Both the position numbers and the translations under genes were made by a program. A stretch of DNA of 63,361 bases, counting the filler, from Pirum gemmata (lineage: Eukaryota): the NCBI GenBank assembly GCA_002812295.1. It is 28 parts of 28 records of this genome, joined end to end, with 100 filler letters (N's around TTAATTAATTAA, not from the genome) between each part and the next. Parts side by side here need not be neighbours in the genome. Positions count along the whole stretch, not along the records: positions 61,306 to 63,361 come from PDIN01008852.1; 27 more parts are not named here. One strand, given 5' to 3'. Within the stretch, counting starts at the first letter, position 1. Each line of letters starts with the position of its first letter. The notes beneath the pieces were generated by a model. It saw only the letters and a list, made by a program, of their open reading frames with translations, ran no database searches and was not told where the DNA came from. This document shows, piece after piece, positions 63,089-63,361 of this stretch.

Positions 63089-63361
63089 CTATAACCAAAA
63101 TAAAAACAAGATAAATTAATAATTGTGATGGTGGTGTTGGTGTTGGTGTTGGTATTGGTGTTGGTGTTGGTGTTGATGTTGGTGTTGGTGTTGGTGTTGG
63201 TGTTGATGATGGTGCTGGTAATGGTGATTGCGATGGTGTTGGTGTTGGTGTTGGTGTTGGTGTTGGTGTTGGTGTTGGTGTTGGTGTTGGTGTTGGTGTT
63301 GGTGGTAATGGTGATTGCGGTGGTGGTGGTGGTGGTGATCATGATGATAGTAACAATAGAA

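Overview
This is eukaryotic, extremely AT-rich, microsatellite-laden nuclear DNA. It is not contiguous: 28 short contigs/scaffolds (about 1.6-3.5 kb) are joined by an artificial 100-nt linker (44 N + TTAATTAATTAA + 44 N), so adjacency across linkers means nothing. Intron-rich genes, (TTAGGG)n-type repeats and an RI-type PKA regulatory subunit suggest a unicellular opisthokont; an ichthyosporean draft assembly is plausible but only inferred. Manually spliced exons that the ORF track mostly misses encode TRAPPC2L, the PKA regulatory subunit, a GH127/GH146-like glycosidase, a DUF4832-like domain, Mia40/CHCHD4, RBBP5/Swd1 and PPIP5K/Vip1. Also present are an MFS transporter, a GPCR-like C-terminus, a repeated 4-TM membrane protein, a BBE-like FAD oxidase and several orphan secreted proteins. 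Mobile DNA includes an LTR-retrotransposon gag-protease segment with an in-frame TGA, decayed integrase and transposase remnants, and several MITE families, some PIF/Harbinger-like. The best candidate for an undescribed system is an intronless secreted polyprotein (6686-7429, minus strand). It has a signal peptide and three 76-aa units, each a 32-aa six-Cys acidic/hydrophobic core cut out by RRR/RKRR convertase sites plus a conserved 37-aa spacer peptide, and it lies between two inverted copies of one MITE. All family assignments come from motif recognition; no database search was run.
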